A DNA stretch of 33,267 nt from assembly GCA_964576115.1 (NCBI GenBank), contig CAZNUA010000038.1, forward strand, positions 1 to 33,267. The letters run 5' to 3'. Source of the stretch: an uncultured Gemmatimonadota bacterium (GTDB lineage: Bacteria > Blakebacterota > Blakebacteria > Blakebacterales > Blakebacteraceae). Positions 18,976-28,893 of the stretch are shown here, in pieces. The notes beneath the pieces are model-generated. The model did not search any database, was not told the origin of the DNA, and saw nothing but the letters and a program-made list of their open reading frames with translations. Position 1 is the stretch's first letter. Every line of letters begins with the position of its first letter. The position numbers and the translations under genes are program-made.

Positions 18976-20024
18976 TGGCCCGCGGACGCACCGGACCGGT
19001 CGGCTTCTCCCTGGAGGGAGATACGGTCAAGTACCTCGAGCTTCAGGGCGGGCTGGGAGGAAAGCACCGGATCGGTATCTGGGGACTGCGCCGTTTCGGC
19101 GGCGAGGATATTCCGGAAAGCGCGGAGGCGGAAACTCCGGCCGAGGAACTGCCGGCTGAAGTCACTGCCGGCGGCCCGCTGATGCAGCCCTGGACAACCG
19201 GCGTGCTGCACAAGCTGCGCCGCTATCCGGTCTTCGCCTCTCTGCCCGACAGTGACGTCCTGGTCAAGTTCATCAGCCTGCCCGAACTGAACGAGAGCGA
19301 AGTCGCCCGGATGGTCGAGTTGCGTCACCGCGAATACCTGCCGATGCCGCGGGCCGATATCGTCTACGATTTCAGTATCGCCCGTTTCCAACTCCGCCAC
19401 GGAGAGGATGAGGACGAAGAAGCCGGGGCGCCGGCCGGAGAGGCCGAACTGCGGGTCATGGTTTCGGGAGTCGAGCGGGGTGTGTACCTGGGTCTGCGCG
19501 AGGTCATGGGCGAGCGCAAGGTCATCCTGCGCAGCATCGAACTGAACCAGACGGCACTGACCCGGGCCTGCAACTTCCTCCTGGGCTCGGAAAATCCCGG
19601 CACCTATGCCATCCTCTACCTCAACGACGTCTACAGCATGATCAACTTCGTGGTCGCGGGGGGATTGTATTACAGCCGGCTTCTCGAGCAGGGACTGGAA
19701 GCCCTGACCCCCGACCAGACCGGGATGCGCCGGCTCGAGCGCCTGTTGCGCGAGCTCTACCGTTCGGTCGACTTCTTCAGTGTGGAATCGCGCGGCATTC
19801 CGGTCGAAACGCTCTACCTCGTCAACGGCGGGGTGGCGGCCGATCCTGCAGTCGGCCTGCGGATACAGAGTTTTCTGGCCGAACGTCTGGCGGTCAATGT
19901 CAGGCTGCTCCACGAGGCCGCCGCCGAGAGCGATCGTCTGGCTCTACCAACCGGCATCCTGGCCGATACCCTGGCCCTGCCGCTGGGACTGGCCCTGCGC
20001 AACTCGACGGAGTCGGGGCTGTGA
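18972..20024 (+). CDS. Divergent PilM/MshI-like cytoplasmic alignment protein
   Basis: Position before pilN/pilO. PilM-like segments VLVKFISLP, YLPMPRADIVYDF, ELYRSVDFF and LGLALR. Confidence 0.7.
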   Translation: MMARGRTGPVGFSLEGDTVKYLELQGGLGGKHRIGIWGLRRFGGEDIPESAEAETPAEELPAEVTAGGPLMQPWTTGVLHKLRRYPVFASLPDSDVLVKFISLPELNESEVARMVELRHREYLPMPRADIVYDFSIARFQLRHGEDEDEEAGAPAGEAELRVMVSGVERGVYLGLREVMGERKVILRSIELNQTALTRACNFLLGSENPGTYAILYLNDVYSMINFVVAGGLYYSRLLEQGLEALTPDQTGMRRLERLLRELYRSVDFFSVESRGIPVETLYLVNGGVAADPAVGLRIQSFLAERLAVNVRLLHEAAAESDRLALPTGILADTLALPLGLALRNSTESGL

Positions 20025-20692
20025 AGCGGCCGGCTCGAATCGTCAGGGGAGCCAACTTCGCCTACCCCTATTCGGAACGGAGCAATTTCTACTCGCCCCG
20101 CACCGTGCGCCTGCTGATCGGAGTCAGTGCTCTGGCGGTTCTGGCTCTGGTGGCTCTCCCTTTCTATCTGGAATACCTCGAACAGCGGATCATCGATCAG
20201 CGGACCGCGATCAGTCTGGAAGCCTCAGCTTCGGAAATCCGGCTCCAGGACGTGATGCCGATCCTGCGGCGCAAGGACTTCCTCGACAGTCTTCAGCTGG
20301 TGCTCGATACCCGGGTCGGTCTGCGCCGGCAGATCGGGACGACCGATTTCGCCATGGACCGGCTCCTGCTGCACATTTCCGAGATCATTCCCGACGGGGT
20401 GATTCTGACCACAATCAATATCGCTCCCCCCGAACGCCAGCGAGCGGGACGTCCCGGGCAGACCCGGCAGGGTGAGGAACTGCCCGAAGAACTGCAGAAC
20501 GCCTCGGTTCTCACCCTCTCGGGTACTGCCCGCAACGCCACCATTCTCGAAGAGTTCGAGCGAGAACTGACCCGCTCGCCGCTGCTCTACGAACCGAACC
20601 GGCAGGTGACGGTCCTCGAGAATTCCCTGCGTTTCGATTTTACGAGCCGGGTACCCGGGACCGGCGTCGAACTCGGAGGGGGGGGCTCATGA
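20021..20692 (+). CDS. PilN-like protein
   Basis: One N-terminal TM helix, coiled coil, ISEIIPDGVILTTI and LTLSGTA. Confidence 0.75.
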   Translation: MKRPARIVRGANFAYPYSERSNFYSPRTVRLLIGVSALAVLALVALPFYLEYLEQRIIDQRTAISLEASASEIRLQDVMPILRRKDFLDSLQLVLDTRVGLRRQIGTTDFAMDRLLLHISEIIPDGVILTTINIAPPERQRAGRPGQTRQGEELPEELQNASVLTLSGTARNATILEEFERELTRSPLLYEPNRQVTVLENSLRFDFTSRVPGTGVELGGGGS

Positions 20693-21387
20693 ATTTCGGC
20701 ACTCTCTCCCGACCGTTGCCCAAACGGCAGATCAGCCGCCTGCTGCTGGTGGACGCCGTCGTCATCCTGGTCCTGCTGGCGATACCGGTCCGCACCGGCT
20801 GGAAGGGATACCAGACCACGCGCGATCAGCTGGTGGCCCAGGAAAATCGCCGCAACTCCGTCGTGGCTCAGCTCGGAGACGCTCGCCGGGCCGAGCGCGA
20901 GCAGCCGATTCTACTGGGGAAGATCAGGGCCAATATCGATCTGCTCACCGAAACTACTCGGCGTCTGCGGCCCCCGTCCCAGAGCCCCGCAATCATGGAA
21001 GAGATCCGGGACTTCGCCCGTCGCACGGGACTCGAACGCGTGAATGTCCAACCCCGACCGGTGAACGAGTTCGAGGGTTTCTACCGGCAGCCGCTCATTC
21101 TCACCGCTTCGGGATCCTTCACCGAGATCGTGCGCCTGATTCACCAGCTGCGCAACCGTGAAACATTTCTCACCACCGAAGCAGTCAACATCAGGATCGA
21201 GGAGGAAGACGAACGCAATCCCATGCTGCGTATGGAGCTGACCCTGTACACCCTGCTGGCCGAAGAACTAATGCCGATGAGCGAGATCACCAGCATCATC
21301 GCCGATACCACAACAAGCAATCCTCTCGAGCAATCAGAACCGGGAGAGCCGGGTGGAGGCGACGGTCCGGGGGAGGGGACGCCATGA
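20689..21387 (+). CDS. PilO/MshJ-like protein
   Basis: One TM helix, coiled coil and FYRQPLILTASGSFTEIVRLI. Confidence 0.8.
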   Translation: MNFGTLSRPLPKRQISRLLLVDAVVILVLLAIPVRTGWKGYQTTRDQLVAQENRRNSVVAQLGDARRAEREQPILLGKIRANIDLLTETTRRLRPPSQSPAIMEEIRDFARRTGLERVNVQPRPVNEFEGFYRQPLILTASGSFTEIVRLIHQLRNRETFLTTEAVNIRIEEEDERNPMLRMELTLYTLLAEELMPMSEITSIIADTTTSNPLEQSEPGEPGGGDGPGEGTP

Positions 21388-22025
21388 CCAAACAGCAGCG
21401 GGAACTGCTCACTTTTTTCGGCATCCTGGTCGTGCTCGGCGGGATCCTCGTCATGCGTTTCAGCGGCGGGAACGAAACCGTCCCACCGCCGGGACAGCCG
21501 GCGACCGCGACCGGAGCGGCCGGTCAACCGGGCCCCGGTTCGACTCCGGGCGGCCCGACACAGCCGGGTACCGAGCCCGGCAGTTTGACCGTGGACCAGG
21601 TTCCGATCGAAATGCTCGATCCGGCCCTTTCAGACAGTGCCGTGACGGCCCGGATCATGGCCGGTTCGATCACCAATCCCTTTGCCGCCAACCGGCGGAC
21701 CGTACCGGTGCGACAACCGACCCGTCGCCCCGAGCCGGAGCCCGAACCGGTCGAACGGACCACCGAGCGGGTCACGTATGAAGATTGGCCCGATGAGCTC
21801 AGATACGGCGGGATCTCGGAAAGAGCCGATGCTCCGGGCGTGTATCGGGTGCGGATCAACAACGAGTACTTCCTGCAGGGGGAAACGGTGACAGGGACAG
21901 GTTGGGTCATCCGGGAACTGGCTGCCCGCCTCGTCAGACTGTACAAATTCGAATCGCGCGGAACGACAGACTACCACCATTACTTCCAGCACGTCATTCC
22001 ACCGCCCCGGGGCTCATTCCGATGA
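21384..22025 (+). CDS. PilP/MshK/GspC-like membrane-anchored protein
   Basis: TM anchor, Pro/Gly-rich linker, NPF motif and small beta domain (YGGI...VRINNEYFLQGETV). Lies between pilO and the secretin. Confidence 0.6.
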   Translation: MTKQQRELLTFFGILVVLGGILVMRFSGGNETVPPPGQPATATGAAGQPGPGSTPGGPTQPGTEPGSLTVDQVPIEMLDPALSDSAVTARIMAGSITNPFAANRRTVPVRQPTRRPEPEPEPVERTTERVTYEDWPDELRYGGISERADAPGVYRVRINNEYFLQGETVTGTGWVIRELAARLVRLYKFESRGTTDYHHYFQHVIPPPRGSFR

Positions 22026-22045
22026 GCCGCGCGGAAGGAGACACC

Positions 22046-23574
22046 ATGCGTTTCAGGCAGGTGATTGTCTCATGCATGCTGGTCCTGCTCTGTATCGTTG
22101 CGATTACTGACAGGGCGGATGCCCAGCAGCGACCGCTCTCGGAGATCCTGATTCCCGAACTGCTCATCGAAGGCGGTTCGCTGCAGCAGGCGCTGGATCA
22201 GATCATCGAGAGCACCGGGCTGAGCCACATCATCCCGCGCTTCGGCACCGAGCAGGATTCGGTCCTGATCGGCAGTCTGGTATTGCGCAACATTTCAGTG
22301 GCCGACGCGCTCAATCTGGTACTGACTCCGCTGAACCTGACCTACGTGCAGCAGGGAAACTTCATCCAGATCGTGCAGGCCATCGAAGAGCGGGTCATTC
22401 CCTTTACCTGGCTGGCTTCGCGCTTCGCCATGACGACCCAGGGAGCGGGAGCGACCGGTGGGGGGGCCGCCGGNNNNNNNNNNNNNNNNNNNNNNNNNNN
22501 NNNNNNNNNNNNNNNNNNNNNNNNNNNNNNNNNNNNNNNNNNNNNNNNNNNNNNNNNNNNNNNNNNNNNNNNNCGCGCTTCGCCATGACGACCCAGGGAG
22601 CGGGAGCGACCGGTGGGGGGGCCGCCGGGGGTCTGGGGGGTGCAGCAGGGGCGGCCGGGGGCGCTGCCGGGGGTGCCGGTATGGGGGTCAACGCCGGGGC
22701 CCAGCAATTCGAGACCGAACTCAAGGAGCTGCTGAGCGACGAAGCCATTCTGCGGATCGACGTGCAGAGCCATACAATTTACGTGGTGGACTACGTTGCC
22801 AATGTCGAGGCTCTGGTCCGCTACATCGAATTGATCGATATCCCCCCGCGGCAGATCGAGATCGAAGTGGCCCTGGTCGAGGTCATTCACTCCGACGATG
22901 CCAGCGCCGGGCTGGACTATCAGTTCAACATCACCGGCAGTGACATGGTCGAGAGTGCGGTTCTGGAACTGCCGGGGTTGAGCCAGTCGGGCTTTCTGAC
23001 CGACCTGACCGGCATGTCTCTGGGCCCCGTGTATGGTGGAGATCTGTCGCTCGATGTGGCACTGCGGGCGCTGACCACCCTCGTCAACGCCGAGGTGGAG
23101 AGCAGGCCCTATCAGGTGGTCCTGGACGGCCGCCCCGCCAACGCCAACCTGACCGACCAGATCCCCTACACCGAGGCTGTTCTGGGACAGGGGACGACGC
23201 TGGTTACGACTCAGTTCAGGGACGTCGGGATCATCCTGAACGTGACACCCACCATTCTCGATTCGACCCACATCCAGATCCAGCTCATGGCCGAATTCTC
23301 TTCTGCCCCGGCTCTGACAGCCGAGGGCGTGCCGATCGTTTCCTCGCGCCGGACGACCTCATCGGTCGTCGTGGGGGATGGAGAGATCCTCGTCGTGGGG
23401 GGACTGTTCAGGGAAGAGGAGTCAGTCACCATACGGGGCATTCCGATTCTGAGCAAGATTCCGATCCTCAAGTACCTCTTCTCCAACCGGATCAGCCGGA
23501 TGGAGAAGCGGGAACTGATCATTCTCGTCTCGCCCCGCATTCTCCCGACTCTGGGGACGGAGATCGTACCATGA
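22046..23574 (+). CDS. Secretin (PilQ/GspD/MshL family), interrupted by an assembly gap
   Basis: AAGGAG RBS and signal peptide, STN-like N-terminus, Gly-rich loop, then IDIPPRQIEIEVALVEV, VGIILNVTP, VVGGLF, GIPILSKIPILKYLF and ELIILVSPRI. The two halves join in frame if the 55-bp duplicate flanks of the gap are merged. Confidence 0.9.
22474..22573. other. Assembly gap (100 N) flanked by an exact 55-bp duplication
   Basis: 22419-22473 is identical to 22574-22628. Confidence 0.95.
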
Positions 23575-25223
23575 ACCTGCCCGGAACGGAACGGATAGAG
23601 TCCCCCCCCGGCGACGACCCGGGTCTGGACTCGGGCCTGATGGCTCTCTCCGGAGCCGAGCGGCGCCTGAACGACAAGGGCGGGGAACCGCAGGATAAAC
23701 CGCGGAAGAAGAACCGCGTGCTGCGCGCCGGGCTTCAGGGACGCTTCACCTTTGTGGTCATGGGTGTGGTCATGCTGGTCATGGTCGGGGTGGCCTATTT
23801 CGAACTGCACAGCGGGATCCAGAGCGTCCACTTCCCCGACAAGGTGATTTATCTGACCGATCTGGAGTCAGTGCAGGAAAAGATCAACGGTCTGCTCTTC
23901 ATGCTCCGCAGTCCGATCATCGCCCTGGTTGCGGCCGGTTTCGTGATGCTGTTTTACAGCTCCCGTTACGTTGTCATGCCCCTCAAGAACGCCGGGGCGG
24001 TGGCCGATGCCATCGCCAGCGGCGATCTGACCCGCCGCATCGTCTACGAAGCCGATGACGAGATCGGCGACCTGGTCACCTCCTTCAACACCATGACCCG
24101 CTCGCTGGTGCGCAAGGTGGATCAGCTCGCCAGTCTGAACCAGGCCGGTCACGCCTTCTCGAGCCATCTCTCGCTCGAAAAACTGTCCGAGACGATCGCC
24201 GAGAATGTGCGCGAACATGTTTTCCCCGCCACGGTCGGTCTCTACACGGTCGATCCCGAAGAGATCGAGGAAGGCGCCGACCTCGAGACTGCCATGAAAC
24301 GGGCCGACACCGGTGAAGACGAACCGGCCCCGGCCCTGATCGACAAACAGAACGAGCTGGCCCTGCGTACCATCGAGAGCGAGAGTCTCACCGTCATCTA
24401 CCGCAACGATACCCGCATCCATTGCACCAGCGTCTGGATCGGCGACCGGCCGGTCGAGAGTGTGGGTTTCCCCCTCTTCAGCGCCAGTTCGGCCTTCGGA
24501 GCCCTGGCTCTGACCTCCGGCTCGATCGAATCATCTTTCAGCACCGATGAAGTCGAGTTCCTGAAAACCCTGGCCAGTCACGTTGCCGTGGCGGCCCGCA
24601 ACGCCCAGCTCTACCGCAGCCTGGAGATCTCGTATCTCGATACCGTGGCTGCCCTGGCGGCCGCGGTCGACGCCAAAGACGCCTATACCCGCGGTCACTC
24701 CGAACGGGTGATGCGCAACGCCGTGCACCTTGCCCGCGAGGTCGGACTCGATCGCCGCGAGGTGGAGATGGTGCGCTACTCCGCCCTGCTGCACGACGTC
24801 GGCAAGATCGGTCTGCCGACCCACATCCTCAGCACCAAGGAGAAGCTGACCGAGGAAGAGTTCAACCTCGTCAAGCAGCATCCGACCATCGGGTACGAAA
24901 TCGTCAAACCGATCAGTTTCCTGCGTCCCGCCCTCGACGGCATCCGTTACCACCACGAGCGGTGGGACGGCCGGGGATATCCCGACGGGCTGGCCGAGGA
25001 AAAAATTCCTTTCATGGCCCGTCTTCTGACCCTGGCCGATACCTGGGACGCCATGGCTCATGACCGTTTCTACCGCCGGGCCCGCTCAACAGAAGAGATC
25101 GTGCGGGAGTTCCAGGAATGCTCCGGCACTCAGTTCGATCCCAGCCTGGTGCCGGTTGCGATCGAAGTCCTGCCGCAGGTGACCGAATCCGATTCCCCTG
25201 ATCAACCACCGAAGGGGGCGTGA
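23571..25223 (+). CDS. Membrane HAMP-GAF-HD-GYP cyclic dinucleotide phosphodiesterase
   Basis: Two TM helices, HAMP (DEIGDLVTSFNTM), GAF (FSTDEVEFLKTLASHVAVAARNAQLY), DAYTRGHS, HDVGK, HHERWDGRGYPDGL and ADTWDAM..DRFYR. Confidence 0.93.
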   Translation: MNLPGTERIESPPGDDPGLDSGLMALSGAERRLNDKGGEPQDKPRKKNRVLRAGLQGRFTFVVMGVVMLVMVGVAYFELHSGIQSVHFPDKVIYLTDLESVQEKINGLLFMLRSPIIALVAAGFVMLFYSSRYVVMPLKNAGAVADAIASGDLTRRIVYEADDEIGDLVTSFNTMTRSLVRKVDQLASLNQAGHAFSSHLSLEKLSETIAENVREHVFPATVGLYTVDPEEIEEGADLETAMKRADTGEDEPAPALIDKQNELALRTIESESLTVIYRNDTRIHCTSVWIGDRPVESVGFPLFSASSAFGALALTSGSIESSFSTDEVEFLKTLASHVAVAARNAQLYRSLEISYLDTVAALAAAVDAKDAYTRGHSERVMRNAVHLAREVGLDRREVEMVRYSALLHDVGKIGLPTHILSTKEKLTEEEFNLVKQHPTIGYEIVKPISFLRPALDGIRYHHERWDGRGYPDGLAEEKIPFMARLLTLADTWDAMAHDRFYRRARSTEEIVREFQECSGTQFDPSLVPVAIEVLPQVTESDSPDQPPKGA

Positions 25224-25226
25224 ATC

Positions 25227-27056
25227 ATGACACCGCTCAAAATCGGCAAGGAAGATCCGCTCAGGGATCAGCCGATGCAGGAACGCCGCCGCAAGTTGGG
25301 TGACATCCTGCTCGAACGGGGTCTGATCTCGGATGAGCAGATCCAGCGGGTACTGGCTCAGCAGAAACGCGAGTACAAACGTTTCGGGGAGATCCTGCGC
25401 GACATGCGCCTGGTGCCTGAATCGGATCTGATCAAGGCGCTGGCCGAACAGCTCCAGGTCGACATCTTCGATCTGACGGGATACGAGCCCGACGAGGCAG
25501 TCGCCAAAATGATCCCTGAAGATGTCGCCCGCCGCACCCGCAGCGTGCCGATCGAGACCATCGAGAACGGCGAAGTGCTCAAGGTGGTGGTACTCGACCC
25601 GCTCGACATCGCCAAGCTCGACGACCTCAAAAGGCTGGCCGGGGTCGAGATCGAACCGATCATCGGTACCCGGAACGACATCGACCGGGCAATCGAGCGG
25701 CTGTACGGACTGAGCGCCTTTTTCAAGGAATTCGGCGAGCTGAGCGACGAAGAGGCGATCGAGTTCATCCAGCTCGATGCCCAGGATACGGAGGATGATG
25801 ACTACAACCTGCAGGAGATGACCGAGATCGCCGAGGAAGCGCCGGTCGTCAAGCTGGTGAACCTCATCATCGGCAAGGCCCTGCGCGACAGCGCCTCCGA
25901 TGTACACATCGAACCCTCGGCCCAGTTCCTGCGCATCCGCTACCGCATTCACGGGGTTCTGATCGAAGAAGAGATGACGCCGCCCAAGCGGCTGCAGTCG
26001 GCGGTGATCACGCGGATCAAGATCCTTTCGGACATGGACATCGCTGAAAAGCGTGTCCCGCAGGACGGGCGTTTCCACGTCCGCCTGCACGGTATGGAGG
26101 TGGATATCCGGGTCAGTTCGCTGCCGACCTACCACGGCGAAAAAATCGTCATGCGGCTGCTCGAGACCAATCGCGATCAACTCCGCCTGGACAAGATCGG
26201 CTTCCCCCCCCAACCGCTGGAGAATTTCCGGCAACTCATCAAGCGTCCCAACGGGATCGTCCTGGTGACCGGGCCGACCGGTTCGGGAAAGACCACCACG
26301 CTCTACTCGGCCCTGTCGGAGATCAACAGCCCCGAGTTGAACATCGTCACGGTCGAGGATCCGATCGAGTACCAGCTCGAGATGATCAACCAGGTGCAGA
26401 CCAATCCGAAAGCGGGTCTGACCTTCGCGGCCAGCCTGCGCTCGATCCTGCGCCAGGATCCCGACATCATCATGGTCGGTGAGATCCGGGATATCGAGAC
26501 GGCCCAGATTGCGGTCCAGGCCGCTCTGACCGGTCACCTGGTTTTCTCGACCCTGCACACCAACGACGCCGTCGGTGCCGTCGTCCGCCTGATCGATATG
26601 GGAGTGCCGCCCTACCTGATCGCCAATACCGTCGTCGGAGTGCTGGCGCAGCGGCTGGTGAGGACGATCTGCCCCAGCTGCCGCAAGCCGTACGAGCCCG
26701 ATCCGGAAATTCTCAAACAGTTCGCCGCGGTGGAGGCCCTGCAGGGCTTCACATTCCATCACGGCACCGGTTGTGCGGAGTGCATGTCCACCGGATACGC
26801 CGGCCGGACGGGTATCTATGAACTGCTGGTCGTCTCCCGCCGGATACGCGATCTCATCAACGAGGGCGCCGACTCCAACCTGCTGACCGATGCCGGCCGG
26901 ACAGAGGGCCTGCGCCTGCTTCGCGAGGACGGTCTCGACAAAGTCCAGCGCGGCATCACCACCCTCGAAGAGGTCCTCCGGGTGACCCAGGATACCGAAG
27001 AAGTCGGAGCGGGCGAGCCGGATGCCGTCCGGGCAGAAAGCCTGCAGGAGGCCTGA
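25227..27056 (+). CDS. pilB: Type IV filament extension ATPase (PilB/GspE/MshE) with N-terminal MshEN domain
   Basis: ASDVHIEP, PQDGR, Walker A GPTGSGKTT, TVEDPIEY, LRQDPDIIMVGEIRD, HLVFSTLHTN and tetracysteine CPSC/CAEC. Alternative start at 25275. Confidence 0.95.
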   Translation: MTPLKIGKEDPLRDQPMQERRRKLGDILLERGLISDEQIQRVLAQQKREYKRFGEILRDMRLVPESDLIKALAEQLQVDIFDLTGYEPDEAVAKMIPEDVARRTRSVPIETIENGEVLKVVVLDPLDIAKLDDLKRLAGVEIEPIIGTRNDIDRAIERLYGLSAFFKEFGELSDEEAIEFIQLDAQDTEDDDYNLQEMTEIAEEAPVVKLVNLIIGKALRDSASDVHIEPSAQFLRIRYRIHGVLIEEEMTPPKRLQSAVITRIKILSDMDIAEKRVPQDGRFHVRLHGMEVDIRVSSLPTYHGEKIVMRLLETNRDQLRLDKIGFPPQPLENFRQLIKRPNGIVLVTGPTGSGKTTTLYSALSEINSPELNIVTVEDPIEYQLEMINQVQTNPKAGLTFAASLRSILRQDPDIIMVGEIRDIETAQIAVQAALTGHLVFSTLHTNDAVGAVVRLIDMGVPPYLIANTVVGVLAQRLVRTICPSCRKPYEPDPEILKQFAAVEALQGFTFHHGTGCAECMSTGYAGRTGIYELLVVSRRIRDLINEGADSNLLTDAGRTEGLRLLREDGLDKVQRGITTLEEVLRVTQDTEEVGAGEPDAVRAESLQEA

Positions 27057-27057
27057 G

Positions 27058-28893
27058 ATGACCCGGTTCAAACGACAGATCCGCCGCTCCGGGATTCGCC
27101 TGCGACTGGTGGTTTCCCTGCCCCTGCTGATCGTCCTGGTCGGGCTCGCGCTCGCCATCATCGCCTACAAGAAATCCACGGTGGTGCTGCAGGAACGGGC
27201 CTGGAACTACCATGTGGCCCTGGCTCAAGATCTGGCCACCAGTGCCGAACGCGAAGCCGCCCGGACCGATGAAGAGCTTTTCGGCGCTCTCGGCACCCAG
27301 ATCGGCTATCACGAACGCAGCCGTCCCGAGGGAACGGTCCGGTTCATTCTCTTCCGCGCTCCCCCCGCCGGGGAGCTGCTTACCTTCGATCCGATGGGGC
27401 AGGTGACCCTGTACGATCAGACCGACCTGCTGGCGCTGACCAACGAACTGGGTACCCCGCGGGTGATGCGGATCGGTCTGGAGAACGAACTGCACCTCGT
27501 CTCCGCACACCGGGCGGTGGAGAACGGGTACTACCTCATCGCCCTCGAACCCTTTCGCAACATCCGGGAACTCGGTCGCTGGATCATCTGGATGGCGATT
27601 CTCGCAACCGGCTTCACGGTCATCGGTCTGGCGGCGGTGGCGTGGTTCACCACCGCCCCCCTGCACCGCATCGCCGAGAAGATCCGCGAGCTGGCCCGGA
27701 ACGAGATCCTCGACCCCCGTGAGGTCGAGGCGATCATCGAGAAAGCCCAGGAACCCGAGGAGGTGGCCACCCTCGTTCTGGCGCTCGAACAGGCTTTGAA
27801 CTCGCTGGTCAACCTGAAACGTTCGGTGCACGGGATCATCGAGTCGATGGAAGGGGGCATCCTTGCCACCGACGGATCGGGACGGCTCGAGCACATCAAT
27901 ACCGCCGCCCGGGATATGCTGGGCCTGGAGGGTTCCCTGATCGGTCGCGACCTGCGCTCGATCATCCCCTCACCCGAGGAGAACACCGCTTTCGGCAACA
28001 TCGTCAACGATCTGTTCGAGCGGCGGGTCACCTACGGCCGGCCCCGCGAACTGCAGGTTCGCAACGGCCGGGGCGAGACGGTCGATCTCGGGGTGGCAAC
28101 CAGTCTGGTTCCCGACCCCCAGGGCGAAGTCCTGAGCGGGATCGTGGTCATGATCGATGTGGGGGAGATCATCGAACTCAGAGAACGGGTGCGCAAGGCC
28201 GACCGGATGAGTTCGCTGGGGAGCATGGCCACCAAGGTGGCCCACGAAATCCGTAACCCCCTCGGGTCGGTCAAGGGTCTGGCTCAGCTGGTGCTCGAAT
28301 CGGCCGGTTCGGCCGAAGACGTGCACGACTATGCCGAGCGCATCGTGCGCGAGGTCGATCGACTCAGCAACATCGTTGCCGAACTCCTCGACTACTCGCA
28401 GCGCAAACCCCTGACCCTTGAAGCGGTCGATCTGAACGAACTGGTTCACGAAACCCTCGAAGTCGCCCGCTTCCGCGAGGGGGCCCGAAACCCCACCCTG
28501 CTGCAGGAACTCGATCTGGAACTGCCCCGGGTGCGTATGGATCGGAACCGGTTCATGCAGGCTCTGCTGAACATCATCCTCAACGCCCTGCAGGCGGTCG
28601 GTCCCGATGGAGCCGTTACCCTGTCGACCTATACCGAGGAAACGGTACGCGGCGAGAACATCGTCCTCGAGGTCTCCGACAACGGACCGGGCATTCCCCC
28701 CGATGTTCTCGAGCACGTCTTCGATCCTTTCTATACCACCAAGGATCAGGGTTCGGGGCTCGGGCTGGCGATCGCCTTTACCATCGTGCGTGAGCATCAC
28801 GGCATCCTCGAGGTCTCCAGCAAGGTGGGCCAGGGCGCCACTTTCCGGATCGTGCTGCCCCGCAACCGGCATGCGAATGGTGAGGGATCATGA
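27058..28893 (+). CDS. Membrane sensor histidine kinase (PilS/NtrB-like; 2 TM, PAS, HisKA, HATPase)
   Basis: AGGAGG RBS before ATG 27058. H-box AHEIRNPL, N-box LLNIILNA, DNGPGI, FDPFYTTK and GSGLGL. Confidence 0.92.
   Translation: MTRFKRQIRRSGIRLRLVVSLPLLIVLVGLALAIIAYKKSTVVLQERAWNYHVALAQDLATSAEREAARTDEELFGALGTQIGYHERSRPEGTVRFILFRAPPAGELLTFDPMGQVTLYDQTDLLALTNELGTPRVMRIGLENELHLVSAHRAVENGYYLIALEPFRNIRELGRWIIWMAILATGFTVIGLAAVAWFTTAPLHRIAEKIRELARNEILDPREVEAIIEKAQEPEEVATLVLALEQALNSLVNLKRSVHGIIESMEGGILATDGSGRLEHINTAARDMLGLEGSLIGRDLRSIIPSPEENTAFGNIVNDLFERRVTYGRPRELQVRNGRGETVDLGVATSLVPDPQGEVLSGIVVMIDVGEIIELRERVRKADRMSSLGSMATKVAHEIRNPLGSVKGLAQLVLESAGSAEDVHDYAERIVREVDRLSNIVAELLDYSQRKPLTLEAVDLNELVHETLEVARFREGARNPTLLQELDLELPRVRMDRNRFMQALLNIILNALQAVGPDGAVTLSTYTEETVRGENIVLEVSDNGPGIPPDVLEHVFDPFYTTKDQGSGLGLAIAFTIVREHHGILEVSSKVGQGATFRIVLPRNRHANGEGS

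Noticed and set aside
22046-23574. Secretin as a frameshifted pseudogene
   Set aside because: The frame change coincides with a placeholder N gap that has duplicated flanks.
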